A DNA stretch of 63,311 nt, filler included, from Octopus bimaculoides (GCF_001194135.2; 4 parts of 4 records of this genome joined end to end with filler, not necessarily neighbours in it); one strand, 5' to 3'; shown: positions 50,254 to 63,311, counted from the whole stretch's first letter. Numbers and translations: made by a program. Notes: a model not told the origin generated them from the letters alone.

Positions 50254-50959
50254 TACATGTATATAGGGCACCAAAATCTTTTAAGTGCTTAAGGCCTCAA
50301 TGAGTCTTAATCCAACCCTGGCTCGAGCCCAGAAGATATCAGGGTGCAGGATTTTTTCATTATCTTCAATGAAATGAAGATTTCTTAGATATTGAAGTAA
50401 GCGCTAACACACTTAATGTTCTCATCATCATAACTTATATATAAAGGCTATATCTGTGTTGAGAAGAGGCAAACATTTTAAAACAATATTTGACAAAAAT
50501 CGAACAGAGGCAAGAGGGATAACTCAAAATTGAAAAGTGAAAAAATAATTTCTGAAATGGTTTAACGCACCAGATTGTTTCTAAGGTGAAGACTTATCAG
50601 CCAAAGGGTCAATAGGCCATACCTTGTCACCTGTGTAACAGAAGACCCCTTAAAATTTAATCACCATAGGTCATCTAGCTGTAAATAGGTACCATATGGA
50701 GTTGTAATTCTGAGCTAAAACCTCTCCCATCAGCCTGAAAAACACAATGAAGAAACAATTCCACTTTATCCTTTCTTGAATCAATACAAGAAGGTGAAGA
50801 TTTCTGTGGTGCCTCCACAACCTTAACATTTATGAAACATTATTTTTGAAAACAAATTGTAGACATACGAAAAAAGGGCATTTATATGTCCCATTCTCTT
50901 TTTAGTTTCGCCTAAAACTCAAAGCTTAGGAGGAGACAGAATTCCTGTATTTTATTTTT

Positions 50960-51176
50960 ATCTTTTTCCTTGTTTCAGTCATTGAACTGTGGTTATACTG
51001 GGGCATTACATTGAAGGGTTTAGTCAAATGAATTGACTTCAGTACTTATTTTTTAGAAGTCTGGTACTTGTTCTATTTATTTTGCCGAACTGCTAAGTTA
51101 TGGGGATGTAAACAAACCAAAATCAGTTGTCAAAGGTGGACAGACAGACAGACAAACAGACAAACAGACAGACAAA

Positions 51177-51226
<50 letters not shown>

Positions 51227-51385
51227 ATAGGTTTCCACACAGGTTCTGTCAACCCAATTCACCCACAAAGTATTGGTCAGCTTTGGGCTATAGCAGAAGA
51301 CACTTGCCCAAGGTGCAAATGGAGTGGGACTGAACCCAAGACCATCTGCCTGCAAAGTGAATTTCTTAATCATACAGCCATGAGC
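50960..51385 (-). mobile_element. Family B SINE
   Basis: Similarity to 18719-19130. Confidence 0.8.
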
Positions 51386-51830
51386 TAATTACTATTACTG
51401 TTAACTTAGAACTGGTTGATTTTATACGCTTTCATTTTATGTTATAAATATTCATAATCAGGTCCTGTATTAAATTTCATTGTGGAATAGATCTATATCC
51501 TGTACAATAGCTGATTTATAATACAGTAAAAACACAATATTTATGCATATAACATAAACTTATTTTAACTCTAAACAAAATAACTGAAGAAGATCTTAAG
51601 TAATGGATGCATTTCCTATTAAACACTAAACAGACCTTAAACATATGTATTAAATGATTTTAAAATATCACTATTAGGTTTAACTTCATTGTTACAATTT
51701 ATATGATTTGATGCTTGTACAAACTAACCAGTCCAGATTCCACTTACATGGATTAGTCTAACAGAATTAATTATATTTGCCTTGAATCAAACATTCTGGT
51801 ACTGTGCACTGCTTCTTAGCATAACATCAA

Positions 51831-51868
<38 letters not shown>

Positions 51869-51968
51869 NNNNNNNNNNNNNNNNNNNNNNNNNNNNNNNN
51901 NNNNNNNNNNNNTTAATTAATTAANNNNNNNNNNNNNNNNNNNNNNNNNNNNNNNNNNNNNNNNNNNN

Positions 51969-52017
<49 letters not shown>

Positions 52018-52075
52018 TGATAGATAGATAGATAGATTCATTGATTGACAGACTCTGTTATAGAATGAAATATAC

Positions 52076-52905
52076 ACGAGGTCTGTTCAATGATTATCCG
52101 GACTGTTGCCATAGCAATGAAGCGAAAGCACGCAGAACGAAGCCGCTTAGCAAAGATCGACCTTGACCGCTGCTGTGCATGTCACTGAGTTTTAAAGTCC
52201 TGATTCTCTCTTCCGCTGTCTATAGCAGCGCTTGGAAGGAAGGTGTGTAGCCTGCGATCATCGCATTGATCATGACAGAGAAAGCTGCTCCTAAGCCTAC
52301 ACAGAGTTAGAAGTTATGGAGTGGAGTGTATGAATCGCACACAAGTGTACGAGTGGCCGAAAATGTCGATGTTTACTAACATTCTAGGAGACCCGCAACC
52401 AACAAAACTAAGAACAACATTGTAGACGTGCGTGCATCTTTGAGGGGAATCGTCAAATCGCAATCCGTGAGTTATGAGAGGATATGTAAATTAGTTACTG
52501 TTCTGTTCAGTCCACTATCATTGAAGATTTGCGTATGAGATGCATGACTGCCAAGTTTGTTCCAAAACTGCTTTCAGTTGACCAAAACCACACCTGGATT
52601 TCAGTTGCACAAAGTCTTCTTGATTGTGTTGAGAACAATGAAAAGTTTTGAAGACTTTGCGTAGGTCTCTGAGAAAGTATCACCAAGCTTTTGGCAAAAA
52701 ATTGATGCAGATTCTCTGTTCAACTTTCTACGCTACACACTTTCCATCCAAGCACTGCTCCTAACAGCGGAAGTGAGCAAGAACATAAAATGTTAGTGCG
52801 CAGGCACATCACAGTTTAAGGTCAATCTGTGCACTGTAGCTTTACTCTGCATACATTAGCGTCGTTACAATGGCAACAGTGCGCATACGTATTGATCAGA
52901 CCACC
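52076..52905 (+). mobile_element. Mariner deletion derivative with ~40-bp imperfect TIRs
   Basis: gaggtctgttcaatgattatccggactgttgccat matches the reverse complement of the right end; internal MTAKFVPKLLSVDQ is a WVPHEL-equivalent motif. Confidence 0.75.
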
Positions 52906-52918
52906 TAGATAGATAGAT

Positions 52919-52987
<69 letters not shown>

Positions 52988-53568
52988 GAGGGAAGAATGA
53001 GAGAGTGAGAGGAGAGCGGGGAAAGAGATCGGAGCGAGAGAAAGAGAGAGAGAGAGAAAAAAATACACATCAGTGCTCTGCAAATTGGATTGTAAATCAT
53101 TAGTGACTACGCTATTCACCTTGAAGTTTATTTAATCTCCGTCTCCGGCGTTTTCACTGCTAAATATAATCTTGTCTCTTCCTTTCCAACATCACATATA
53201 CGCTCGGATAATTCTAAAGTTTCTTCATTCATTCAGAGATAAGTGAGCGGTGAGCGTCTTTGATAAAGAAGCCACAAAAAAATTGGTATTTAGTAAGTGG
53301 ACTGAAAGGTCAATTAAAGATCTTGAAGTAGGAGTCGAATATACGCAATAAATATCATAGAATATTTTTCTAATCATGCTTCATGGTTGACATTTATAAA
53401 ATTGACTGCACAGCTATGTACATACATGTTACATACGTATAATACTACAGGTTTCCATCATATAAAGACACATTCATACATGCAAATGCACGTCACACAC
53501 ATATGCTCGAGCGCACACACCTTTCAGGGAATGGAGGTGCATCTGTGTCTCATATTAATATACAGCCC

Positions 53569-53644
<76 letters not shown>

Positions 53645-54567
53645 TGAATGAATGTGTCTCTGTTGTATGTCTGTAAATATGTATACGCATCGCTTAGTGC
53701 ATGAATGGATATATATGGGAATGACTTCCTATTAATTTTTACGTTGATTTACCATGAGCTCCATTTGACGAGAAATTTTATTCTTTGTCTCTTTTCTATT
53801 TTTACTCTTGTTTCTTTCTCTAAATCTTTCTTTGGCTAGACCAAGTCTCATTTTTAATGATGTTTCGTGAATGCAAATCACGTTCTTGAAATTATAGCTC
53901 TTGTTATTGCTATGTAAACAAGACTAAGAGGTTAGCGAAGTAATCAAATAAAATATCGATCACACTTACAGGAATTAGTATTCCTTCCTAAGCTAAATTT
54001 AAAATTTTAATTCAATATTTGGAGACTTAACTATAAAGAAAATATAAAAATGAGTACGTACACTTAGAATGCATGTTTTGTTTTTAACATCTGTTGCAAG
54101 ATCGCCACAAATTTTCGTTTCCCCTTTTCAGATTAGTCAGTGGAAATATTAAAGCAATTTCGATTATTGCAGTCTGTTTCAAAAATGGAAGCGCAAGGAG
54201 CAGCTCATTGATTGCAGATAATCGTTTGAGATCCAGTCAGCTAGCTCAGATAAATGGTAGAAAAACAAAATTTACTATACTCCATAACGCTTTATTTACA
54301 TGGATTAACGCATGTCAATATGGCGCTAGGCCTGCACTTCTGGGATACACTCATCTATTTCATCTTAAACAACCTTGTTATTTAAAGAAAAGTAAACTAG
54401 AATATATATATATAAATCGTCGAGCAAAGATCACATTCGAACTAATCAAACATGCTGAAATAGGCGATCTAACCATGTACACATACAGCATTACCAGTAG
54501 CGTAAGATAACATATCAACATCGAGAAATACCTTAGGAATGAGAACCCAGGTTCGAAATTTCCCCAA

Positions 54568-54613
54568 GATACCTAATGAAGTCTGGAGGACATAACAGCC
54601 GAAACCTTGTGTT
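54568..54613 (+). ncRNA. Decayed minimal type I hammerhead motif within an interspersed repeat (~54510-54700)
   Basis: gatac-CTAATGA-A-GTCTG..CAGCC-GAAA-CCTT-gtgtt. Stems I and II are recognisable, but G5 is changed to A and pairs in stems II and III are broken. Confidence 0.45.
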
Positions 54614-56989
54614 AACAACAACCAAGATGAGGACAAATATCCGTCAATTGCAAATAATGTAAATATTGTACATAATTCCTCGTCTCTTAGATATAGAACT
54701 GGAATACGTTATCATGAAAATGTTTATTACTGACAAGTAGCATCTCTTAGCCACAATGCAAACAATTTTATCTTTTATCTTTTACTTATTTCAGTCATTT
54801 GACCGCGGCCTCACGGGGGTCAAATATCTTGAAGATATTTAGTCGAGCACACAGACCCCAGGATTATATTTTAAAAATCTTGTACTTATTTCATGCCTCT
54901 CTTTTACCAAAACGAGTTACGGGGACATAAACACTCCAGCACCGATAGCACTTCCTCAAGGTGTCACGCAGTGCAACTGAACCCGGAACCATGTGGTTGA
55001 GAAGGAAGCACCTGCCTCTGTAAAAGTCTTTTACTCGTATGTGATAGTAAAATTCCCAGAGCGGTATCGGAAGAGCAATCAATAATTGATATAATGCTAA
55101 TTTAATATTCGTTAAATTGCCTTTCGGCTCTACTTTTACATTCAAGACTCCCTTCAACTGATACGCTTACAGTTTGATATTCTACCAACCACACATGAAA
55201 AATGTGTTTGCTCAATTCCAAATTATATTTCATATAAAATACTTTGATACGTTTGAACAGGCTTGCTACTGCTTTACACTTTTCAAAATTTTCAAAAACA
55301 AAAAGAAATTTCGTGAATGTCATTGATTTATTGATATATTTATGGAATTCCGATTTTAATTTAATTTAATTTAATTTGTGGAGTTGATAGAGCCAATGTT
55401 GTAAATTAAAAGTTTATCTAATTTTCGTCATTAATAACCATTTGATTACACGCATAGCTTCCATTTGTTCGTTTTCATTGGAGTATTCGAATGAATTTAA
55501 TTAGTTTTGTCAGCGTATTGTTATCTAACATTTGAAAGGTTATCGAGATAATTACAAAAATGAAACGTTTCTCTGACCCTACTAAGTGTCTCTTTGTACA
55601 AATTGCCAATGAATAGGATTCTGAAAGGTCGAATCTGGTCTTCATTTGTCAAATTCGGATGGCACCGTTTGTATGCAGTTTTAGGTCTCTGTGACCTTCA
55701 TTTACCCCCTTCGGTTCTATGTAACTCATCAGTTATGAAGTTCATATTCTTCTTTTTAAACCGAAACGATTCAATTTCTGTTACTCGCTACATCCTACTG
55801 CAATCGACAGCCACATGAATTTACATTGTCATCTTGGAAATGTAGAACCCGTTATATACCACGTATAAGGACTTATTGATTTCGAATTCTGCCTAGTTCG
55901 AAATGTGTCAAATGGTCGATAGTAGTTCAACACACCATTCACCAAAAGTATTATTGCCTTATGGCATTTTACAGATTGACAATTTATAAAAAGGCAGTCG
56001 ATTGTTTTCATAAAAAATAAACACAACGGAAATGAAAATAAATGATCCAGTAGTGTATAATAATAACGTAAATATTAGTAAAACAAATAAATTAAGTTAT
56101 GGATTTCTACCACTAATATTTTGGTAAATAGAATGTCATACAAAGATGACATTATTACAACCATCCCCAATTAAATAATTGAGTCTGAATGTGGAAGCAG
56201 GAATAGCAATGTTTATCATACAGGAATGGCGAAAGCTCAGTGGGTATAATTAAAGGAATGACTACAATCCCATAAATCACAAGTGGCAATGTAAATAGCG
56301 TGGAAGATACCCCGAGATAATACATTGCATTGTATAAGGTTGTTCCACATTTACTTCTAGAAACCTATTCTGTAGATAGAATATCGAAGCAAATGTGCAC
56401 AGCATACATCTGGGCACTAAATATTAACTCCTTCAGAAAAGTATCTCACTGAAATGAAGCTAAATCTGATTTATAAAATAAGAAATGGAACGAAATACAG
56501 AACATCATAGAACTAATGTATACCTGGATCTGTGTTATATGCCAGAAACAGTAAGTAATAACTACTTATTGACACCACTATACTAATTAACAACAAATAT
56601 AAATTGAAAGTCGAGGAGGCAAATGTTAGCTTTGAGAAGGGCCGAGACGGTAATAACGGAGATATTGAGATATAAATGCTGAAAACTGTCAATGCATTAC
56701 GAAAAATTCCTACAATACAATTCAAAAATCATAATAGGTAAATTATGCTGCAGCAATGATTGATAACTACAGGACAAGATGACAAATAATTGCGAGATAT
56801 TATAGGAAATCAACTACAAAATGTGGTGGCTCAAAACGTATGAATATCAAGAAGTTGTAAAAATAATAAACAAAATTGTTTCTATCCATTAATACAATGC
56901 AACCGAGAATGTGTCCCTTGTTCTGACCCACTCAATAATTTTAAGGGAAGGAAATTTTATCTACCTTATAACAGAGAAAATATAACAGA

Positions 56990-57990
56990 TTGCATAAGCA
57001 TATAGAACTAAAGCAAATGGATAGGGAGTCAAAAAAGGTTCTAACGATGCATGGTGCTCATCATCCATGCGCGGATACTGATCGCTTGTGGAAGACTGCA
57101 TGCGTATCGAGCTCAGGAGCTTAATGATATACCTAGCGCACAGTAAGGAAACCTTGAAAGCAGAAAAAAATGTAGAAGCAAAAATGCAAATGGATATGAA
57201 TAGGAATTACGCAAGAAGGGACTACACAAACAATTCCATGAAAACAACAGAAGTACTATACTGACAGCGCAAGACCAAGCTTTGGACACGAACTGGACGT
57301 TGATCCATGGGAATGAGCATGTGTCTCCACCGTGCCGCATTAGCAATAGAGTGGATGAAACCACTGCCGATATCCCCAACGAATGCGCTAGACTCGCTCC
57401 AAACCTCTAGAAAGTGTAGCGAAACGATCAGGTAGCGAAGGTGCTACATTGGAAACTATGTTAAAAGTAGGGTTAGAGAGAGGCAAGACGTGGTATGAGC
57501 AGATTCTATGAGCATGGAAGTGGCAGAGTCACAGACAAGCAAAATCCCCTGCGATTTCCCAATCCAAACAGATCAGGTGCTAGACCATAACAGACTGGTC
57601 CTAGTGGTGGTGGACAATGTGTACCACATATGCAATATAGATGATGCTGCATGCCCTTTTGACCGGAGGATATTCAAGAAGGAAGCCGTAAAGCTAGATA
57701 AATACACGAAATAACCCGGCTATGGAAAATGAAGATGGTGAACATATTGCCAATTTCTGTTGGGTCCTTGGAAACAGTATCAGAAGGAATCAATAGTAAT
57801 ATAAAAAAAAATGGAATAGAGTGCCCAGTAGAACTACAAAGGGTTTGCTTTCTTGGCACAGCCAGAATAATGAGGAAATTGTCAGAAGACTGAAAAGAAT
57901 GGATACCATGTTATCGTAGGTTGTGGGTAGCAAGCCCATAACGCATGCAGAACAACAGGAGGTCCAACCACACCTTTGATAAAGAAAAAA
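56990..57990 (+). mobile_element. R4/Dong-clade LINE 3' half, decayed
   Basis: LKQMDRESKKVLTMHGAHHPCADTDRL, ESTILTAQDQALDTN, CRIS...ET..DI..ECARLA, DQVAKVLHWKLC, ITRLWKMK..ILPISVGSLETV, LQRVCFLGTARIMRKL. Confidence 0.85.
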
Positions 57991-58190
57991 ATAATTATAA
58001 TGCTTTCATTTATTTGTCCATATATGCGAAAAATGAATGGAACATTACAGAGATAGCCATAAAGTGGGTTTGCATATAATGAAATGACTTAAAAAAGGAA
58101 AGAAAGCAAGTATATACGGTATACACAGAAAAATACAAGATATACGCACAGCATACATAGGTTTTAAATAGAAAATGGCGGGGAGGATGA

Positions 58191-58248
<58 letters not shown>

Positions 58249-58252
<4 letters not shown>

Positions 58253-58523
58253 GAATAAAATGTTTAGGATGGTATAACAATGCAACATAGAACAAAAAAT
58301 TGACTGTATACCTGTTGTAACTTGGTAAACTGTAGTCCGATGATATTTCGGAATTAGAATTCCTTCTTCAGTTTATAGCAGAGACTCCAGCAAAAAAGAT
58401 CTGAAGAAGGAATTCTAATTCCGAAATATCATCGGACTACAGTTTACCAAGTTACAGCAGGTATACAGTCCATTTTTTGTTCTATATTGGATTGTTATAC
58501 CTTCCTAAACTTTTTATTGTTTA
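58249..58523. repeat. 275-bp palindrome (123-bp arms, 29-nt loop) between (TAA)n tracts
   Basis: Arms 58249-58371 and 58401-58523 differ at 7 positions by eye; the inner ~56 bp are perfectly complementary. Confidence 0.92.
58398..58433 (+). ncRNA. Minimal type I hammerhead ribozyme of the Penelope-associated type
   Basis: GAU-CUGAAGA-A-GGAAUU-cu-AAUUCC-GAAA-UAUC-AUC: 3-bp stem I, stem II, palindromic AUAU stem III, AUC cleavage triplet (58428-30). Confidence 0.7.
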
Positions 58524-58564
58524 CACACAATACACAATGATTCAAACGAACTTCAATACTCTCC

Positions 58565-58668
<104 letters not shown>

Positions 58669-58945
58669 NNNNNNNNNNCATATATTGAATAATTACGCAT
58701 ACACTCGAACGTGTACACAATGATATATACGTTTTGATACCCATAGAACTACACATGCATCTTAATGTTTACACAACTACGTGAAAACCACAGGACACAC
58801 TCACGCATACGAAAAAACATATCACAAACGAAGCAAAACCAAAACTTTTTCTTTCTTCTTTATTTATTTTCATTTTGTGAACAAACACAGACAGTGAACC
58901 ATTCTTAAGTTTAAAACGCCACACACACACACACACAAATACACT

Positions 58946-59722
58946 ATGCCCGGAGATAAATCTATCAACCAAAAAAATACAGATGAATACCGATCTGCTA
59001 GCCTTAAAAAACTACGCTACGAGCAATGTTTACATGCTGAGAACTCGGTGACGGTGTTGTCTCAAAAAACTGACCCTAAACAGACAAATCCGTCCCCTAA
59101 TGTCAACGCCAAAGCTCGTCATGCCTCAATGATAACAAGGCAGATCACAAACCTGATTGGTCATCGACCGAATCACGAAGGGCCGCTTACTCGAAATAGA
59201 TCTGCTAGCCTTAAGAAGCTACGTCACGAGAGCTCGGAGACGGTGTTGTCTCAAAAAATGTACCCTAAGCAGACAGATACGTCCCCTAGCGTCAACGTCC
59301 AAGCTTGTTATGCCTCATTGTTAATTAAACAAAATATAAACCAGAATGGTCATAGACCGGATTATAAAGGACCACTTACTCGGACAATGAACCAGATCCG
59401 AGACGAGAAATCTGCTACTGGTTCAAATCTTCCCGACACACAGGAGCCGGAAGTACCCTGCAACCGGAATATTCCAACATATGGCCATCCATGCTCGTCA
59501 TCAAATAACCAAAAGAAAAAAAGAATGAAAAATGGTCTAGGGAAGATAATAAAGAAGTTCTTACAGCCTTCTACCATGCCATATATTTCCCTACAGATAA
59601 ATCTAATACTGTACAAACCTACTTCAACTGGAGACAGAAACACCTTGAAGTAAGACCCTACATAGACAGTAACAAACTTGCCAACGTCAGAAGAAACATT
59701 ATGAAAAAAAAATTACTAACTG
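58946..59722 (+). mobile_element. R4/Dong-clade LINE 5' coding region (N-terminal tandem repeat plus Myb-like domain), cut by a gap
   Basis: After a frameshift in the A5 run at 59528-32 the 235-aa ORF continues KWSREDNKEVLTAFYHA...W...IDSNKLANVRRNIMKKKLLT, the R..W...EN...Y...W......L..QRR.I....LL motif of R4-clade N-termini. Confidence 0.75.
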
Positions 59723-59822
59723 NNNNNNNNNNNNNNNNNNNNNNNNNNNNNNNNNNNNNNNNNNNNTTAATTAATTAANNNNNNNNNNNNNNNNNNNNNN
59801 NNNNNNNNNNNNNNNNNNNNNN

Positions 59823-59893
<71 letters not shown>

Positions 59894-59968
59894 TATGTGT
59901 ATACATATGTTTGAGTATATACATAAATACACACATGCACACACACACACATACACACATCGACATAA

Positions 59969-61183
59969 CAGAAGTAAATAGACATCCCATAAAACATCGT
60001 TTTCTGTTTATTCTAACTTGCAAAGGTTTATATTTTTTATTAATTGACATTATTATGTTTCAGATCCTATATGTGACTGTTTAATCCTGCCATGTACAAA
60101 AGAGGCCTTGGAACTGTCAGAATTTCAAGCAGGCCTCATTGTGGATAAATTCTGAAGATAAACATAGCGTAAAATCGCAGAAAACCTTGGGATTCCGCTT
60201 TCAACAGCTAATAGAGTGATTGTACAATTCACCAAAGAGAAGAAGAGAAGAAGTCCATATCACTTCGCCCAGATCAACCAGGCCCTCTGACAGGACCCTT
60301 CTCTTTGTTAAGAGAAGTGTGGTGGATAATCCTCGTTGCAAGGCCTCAATACGTTGATGTTAGGCCCAGAACAACTATCAGGTATCTCCACAAACTTGGT
60401 TACTATGGCAGAGCAGGAAGAAGGAAGCCACTTCTTCGACCAGCCAGCATCAGGCAGAGAACAGATTGGGCTAGTGAGATGGTGGAGAGGGCATTAGCAT
60501 TTTGGTACACTGTCATATTCTCTGATGAGTCCACATTTGCCGTATTTCCTGACAATGGTCGAGTGTGGGTCTCGAGACTGTGTGATCAAGAATTTCATGT
60601 GAAAATATTGCAGCCAACAATGACATACGGCAGCTATTCTGTGATGGTCTGGGGAGCAATTTGGAGCAATGGTTGATCAGAGCTGGTGGAGTGTGAGGGA
60701 AATATAAACTCAGATAAATATGTGTCTATATTGCAAAACGAACTTCTAATATTCTCCAATGGTGAAATGATTAAAGAAGACTCTTTATTTATGGAAGACG
60801 GGGCTCCTTATCACACGGCTAAAATCCCCCAAGATTTGTTGGATGAGAATGGCATTAAAAAGCTTCCAAGGCAAAGCCAGTCACAAAATATGAACCCTAT
60901 TGAATACCTCTGGGACATAATGGACAGGACACATCATAAAAAGAACAGGGAAGCATCTCCTAAGCCAGATTTTTGAGGTTACTGCATGAGACTTGACAAA
61001 TTCCGCAAGAAAATATTTGTCATCTGATCAGTAACATGCCTAATAGGGTCCTTGCATTGAGAAATGCAACAGGCATGTCTACTAAATATTAAATATTCAC
61101 ATTATAACTATTAATGAATGATTTGACTGTATAATTTAAGATTTAAATAAATTTTAATGATTCTAAGGGTGTCTATCTACTTC
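59969..61183 (+). mobile_element. Tc1 (DD34E) transposon, disrupted
   Basis: RRKPLL, VIFSDES, VMVWGAI, FMEDGAPYH...NMNPIE with 34 codons between D and E. Ends gaagtaaatagacatccc and (reverse complement) gaagtagatagacaccc; the right terminus runs into a gap. Confidence 0.9.
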
Positions 61184-61443
61184 NNNNNNNNNNNNNNNNN
61201 NNNNNNNNNNNNNNNNNNNNNNNNNNNNNNNNNNNNNNNNNNNNNNNNNNNNNNNNNNNNNNNNNNNNNNNNNNATATTGGTAAGAGAGAAACAGAATGG
61301 CATGGGAAGATTGGTTTAGTAAGTGTTTCTGTTTGTAAATTGAGGCGAGGCCATCTTCCCTGATATCACATGATTGGGACCACAAGAATTCAATTTCCCA
61401 GTGCAGAAATGCATACAAATAGATACACATACATGCACACAAA

Positions 61444-61477
<34 letters not shown>

Positions 61478-62956
61478 CACACACACACACAAACTCATAC
61501 ACGTGTATATGCACTCATGCTTTTCCTTCTCGTTTCCACCCACATATCTACGATCCCGCGAGAATCAGTTTGCCAGTAGTAATGGCGGTTGAGGTTAGAA
61601 TTGCTATTAACGAAATACGTCACTTAAAGTTAATTGAATATAAAACAGAGGAGATAAAATATCTTCTCCCACCTTTAACACAAATATTAACGGTAGCCAA
61701 TCTCATTTTATTGCTAATGGACAGACCGCAGCACCAAAGCAACACTCTACGGAGCCTCGTTGTGAAATATTAAACGACAACAAACAGCAAAAATAGCCAG
61801 CCATATTGATTAAGAAAGTTACTAGTCATAATGGCGTTTGGAATAATATTATAGCAGGAAGAAAAGAAAATAAATGAAACACAATCACTCGTCCAGAATT
61901 TATCTGTCATTAATGAAAGCAATATTGCGTATGCTTTTGCGAATAACGCATTTGGCTGCAAGATGTTGTTGTGTTTTGTGCTGCGTCGACGGAGGCAGAT
62001 CGGTCGTTCATTAAATATTTGTCGTATGTGTCATGTGCAATAGTCAACTAAATTAACAATTTTATGTAGAAAAGTGGTTTTAAAGAGTAAGCACTCCTGC
62101 AAGGAGTCGGCTATCAGTTTACCGTATAATTTAACTTGTCTATGCAAGCGAAAATCCAAGATATACAAGTAGTAAATATTTTCACGAAGAGAAAATAATT
62201 CTTTCTAGCATTTCGCACGAGACCAGCAATTTTTAGGGAAGGGGAAAGTCGATTATATAGAGCCACAGCTTTTGAACGTACTTTATTTTAACGAGCCTGA
62301 TTTGACGAAAGTCAAAGTCAATCTCAGCAGCTTTTGAACACAGAATGTAAAATCAGAGGAAATGTTGTTAAGCTTTTTATCCGACAGGTTAACGACTTCA
62401 CTAGCTTGCCGCTTTCTCGAAGAGTAAATAATCATAAAAAAATCAGGAGTTATGAGAGGGAAATACAGATTTATCATTTCCAAATTATTTCTTTTGTTTA
62501 TGATTTATATATATTTCCACTGGAAACGGATATTATGACTGTGTACGTAAACACTAAGGACCTTCTCACTTTCTTTTGATTCCTAAACTATCAACGCTCT
62601 ATGAAGAAAAAATATTCCATGAATTTTCTCCAGATTGTAATTAATTTCATTTTCAATTTTGCTCAAATGTCACTTTTCGTAATGTATTTAATTAATAAGT
62701 CACAGATTAAATCAACTAGAAAGTGTGAGAAATTTGTAATAAGAAAAAGTGAATATCTGAATTCTATGCATCTTCTCCCAGATATTCCTTAATTACAATT
62801 TCAAAAGTCCACTCTAATTGTGAAGGGATGATTATCGCTGTTGTATTAACATCCATAGCCAGAAGGCATCACACACATATATAATGAAGCTAAGTATGCA
62901 TGTGTATATATGTGTATAATCTGTATACATATGTGTATGTGTAAATATATATGTCT

Positions 62957-63086
<130 letters not shown>

Positions 63087-63134
63087 TGTACTTGCATAGC
63101 AAGTGACCTGATCTGAGATCGTGTGCTGGAACGA

Positions 63135-63299
63135 AAACAATTGCAGCGTGGAAGGTATCTATAAGCCTTTCAAAATAACACACAAAAACCGTTAGATTCA
63201 CTTCAACATTTAAATTTAAAGCGACGAAAATATTTTGACAATTTAAATTTTGTGTGTTTCTTAAATGGCTTATAAACACCTTCCACGCTGCAATTGTTT
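63135..63299. mobile_element. Small MITE with ~50-bp inverted ends
   Basis: aaacaattgcagcgtggaaggt...aacacacaaaa matches the reverse complement of the right end; followed by (TA)n. Confidence 0.8.
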
Positions 63300-63311
63300 A
63301 TATATATATAT

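Larger units (their letters stand above)
48261..50320. mobile_element. Outer non-autonomous DNA element hosting two nested insertions
   Basis: Termini cagtgctggattaa ... ttaatccaaccctg are imperfect inverted repeats. Confidence 0.55.

Noticed and set aside
50623-50734. Minus-strand segment with strong acceptor and donor (112 bp), containing a possible 8-nt micro-exon GTGACAAG (Gly-Asp-Lys)
   Set aside because: The 112-bp form has stops in all three frames. The micro-exon ends in phase 0 and cannot join the phase-1 NC1 exon directly. Only RNA-seq could rescue it.
51869-51968. TTAATTAATTAA island between N runs, three times in the window
   Set aside because: Identical 44+12+44 layout; a synthetic six-frame-stop gap linker, not biology.
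54094-54510. 138-aa ORF in non-repetitive-looking DNA
   Set aside because: Non-ATG start, no recognisable domain, no splice signals.
55700-55735. Minus-strand CUGAUGAG...CGAAG
   Set aside because: GAAA core broken and no flanking stems.

Overview
Repeat-saturated animal genomic DNA from a draft assembly, with N gaps and very dense (TA)n/(CA)n/(GA)n/(TAA)n/(GATA)n microsatellites. The repeat content looks like a coleoid cephalopod such as Octopus; this is inferred from remembered repeat families and was not verified. The only host gene I can support is a type IV collagen on the minus strand: three exons (28534-28388, 26892-26606, 25337-25068) splice in frame and encode a complete, divergent NC1 domain with all 12 cysteines. 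No upstream Gly-X-Y exon is recognisable in the remaining ~35 kb. Nearly all ORFs in the supplied track are microsatellite or TE translations. Most other recognisable sequence is transposable: a near full-length Tx1/L1-clade LINE inside an (ATT)n microsatellite; R4/Dong, RTE, RTE-X, CR1-like, CRE and Penelope-like LINE remnants; mariner, Tc1 (DD34E), maT (DD37D) and Chapaev3-like DNA transposons; several MITEs; and three tRNA-SINE families. Best leads: (1) two intact-core type I hammerhead ribozymes (16565-16625, 58398-58433) plus a decayed third in a different family; (2) an apparently (ATT)n-targeting Tx1 LINE whose 3' end resembles the tail of a local SINE family, suggesting a LINE-SINE partnership; (3) a collagen IV chain with mixed alpha2/alpha1 signatures that lacks the Asp78 chloride-switch residue. 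All alignments and folds were done by eye.
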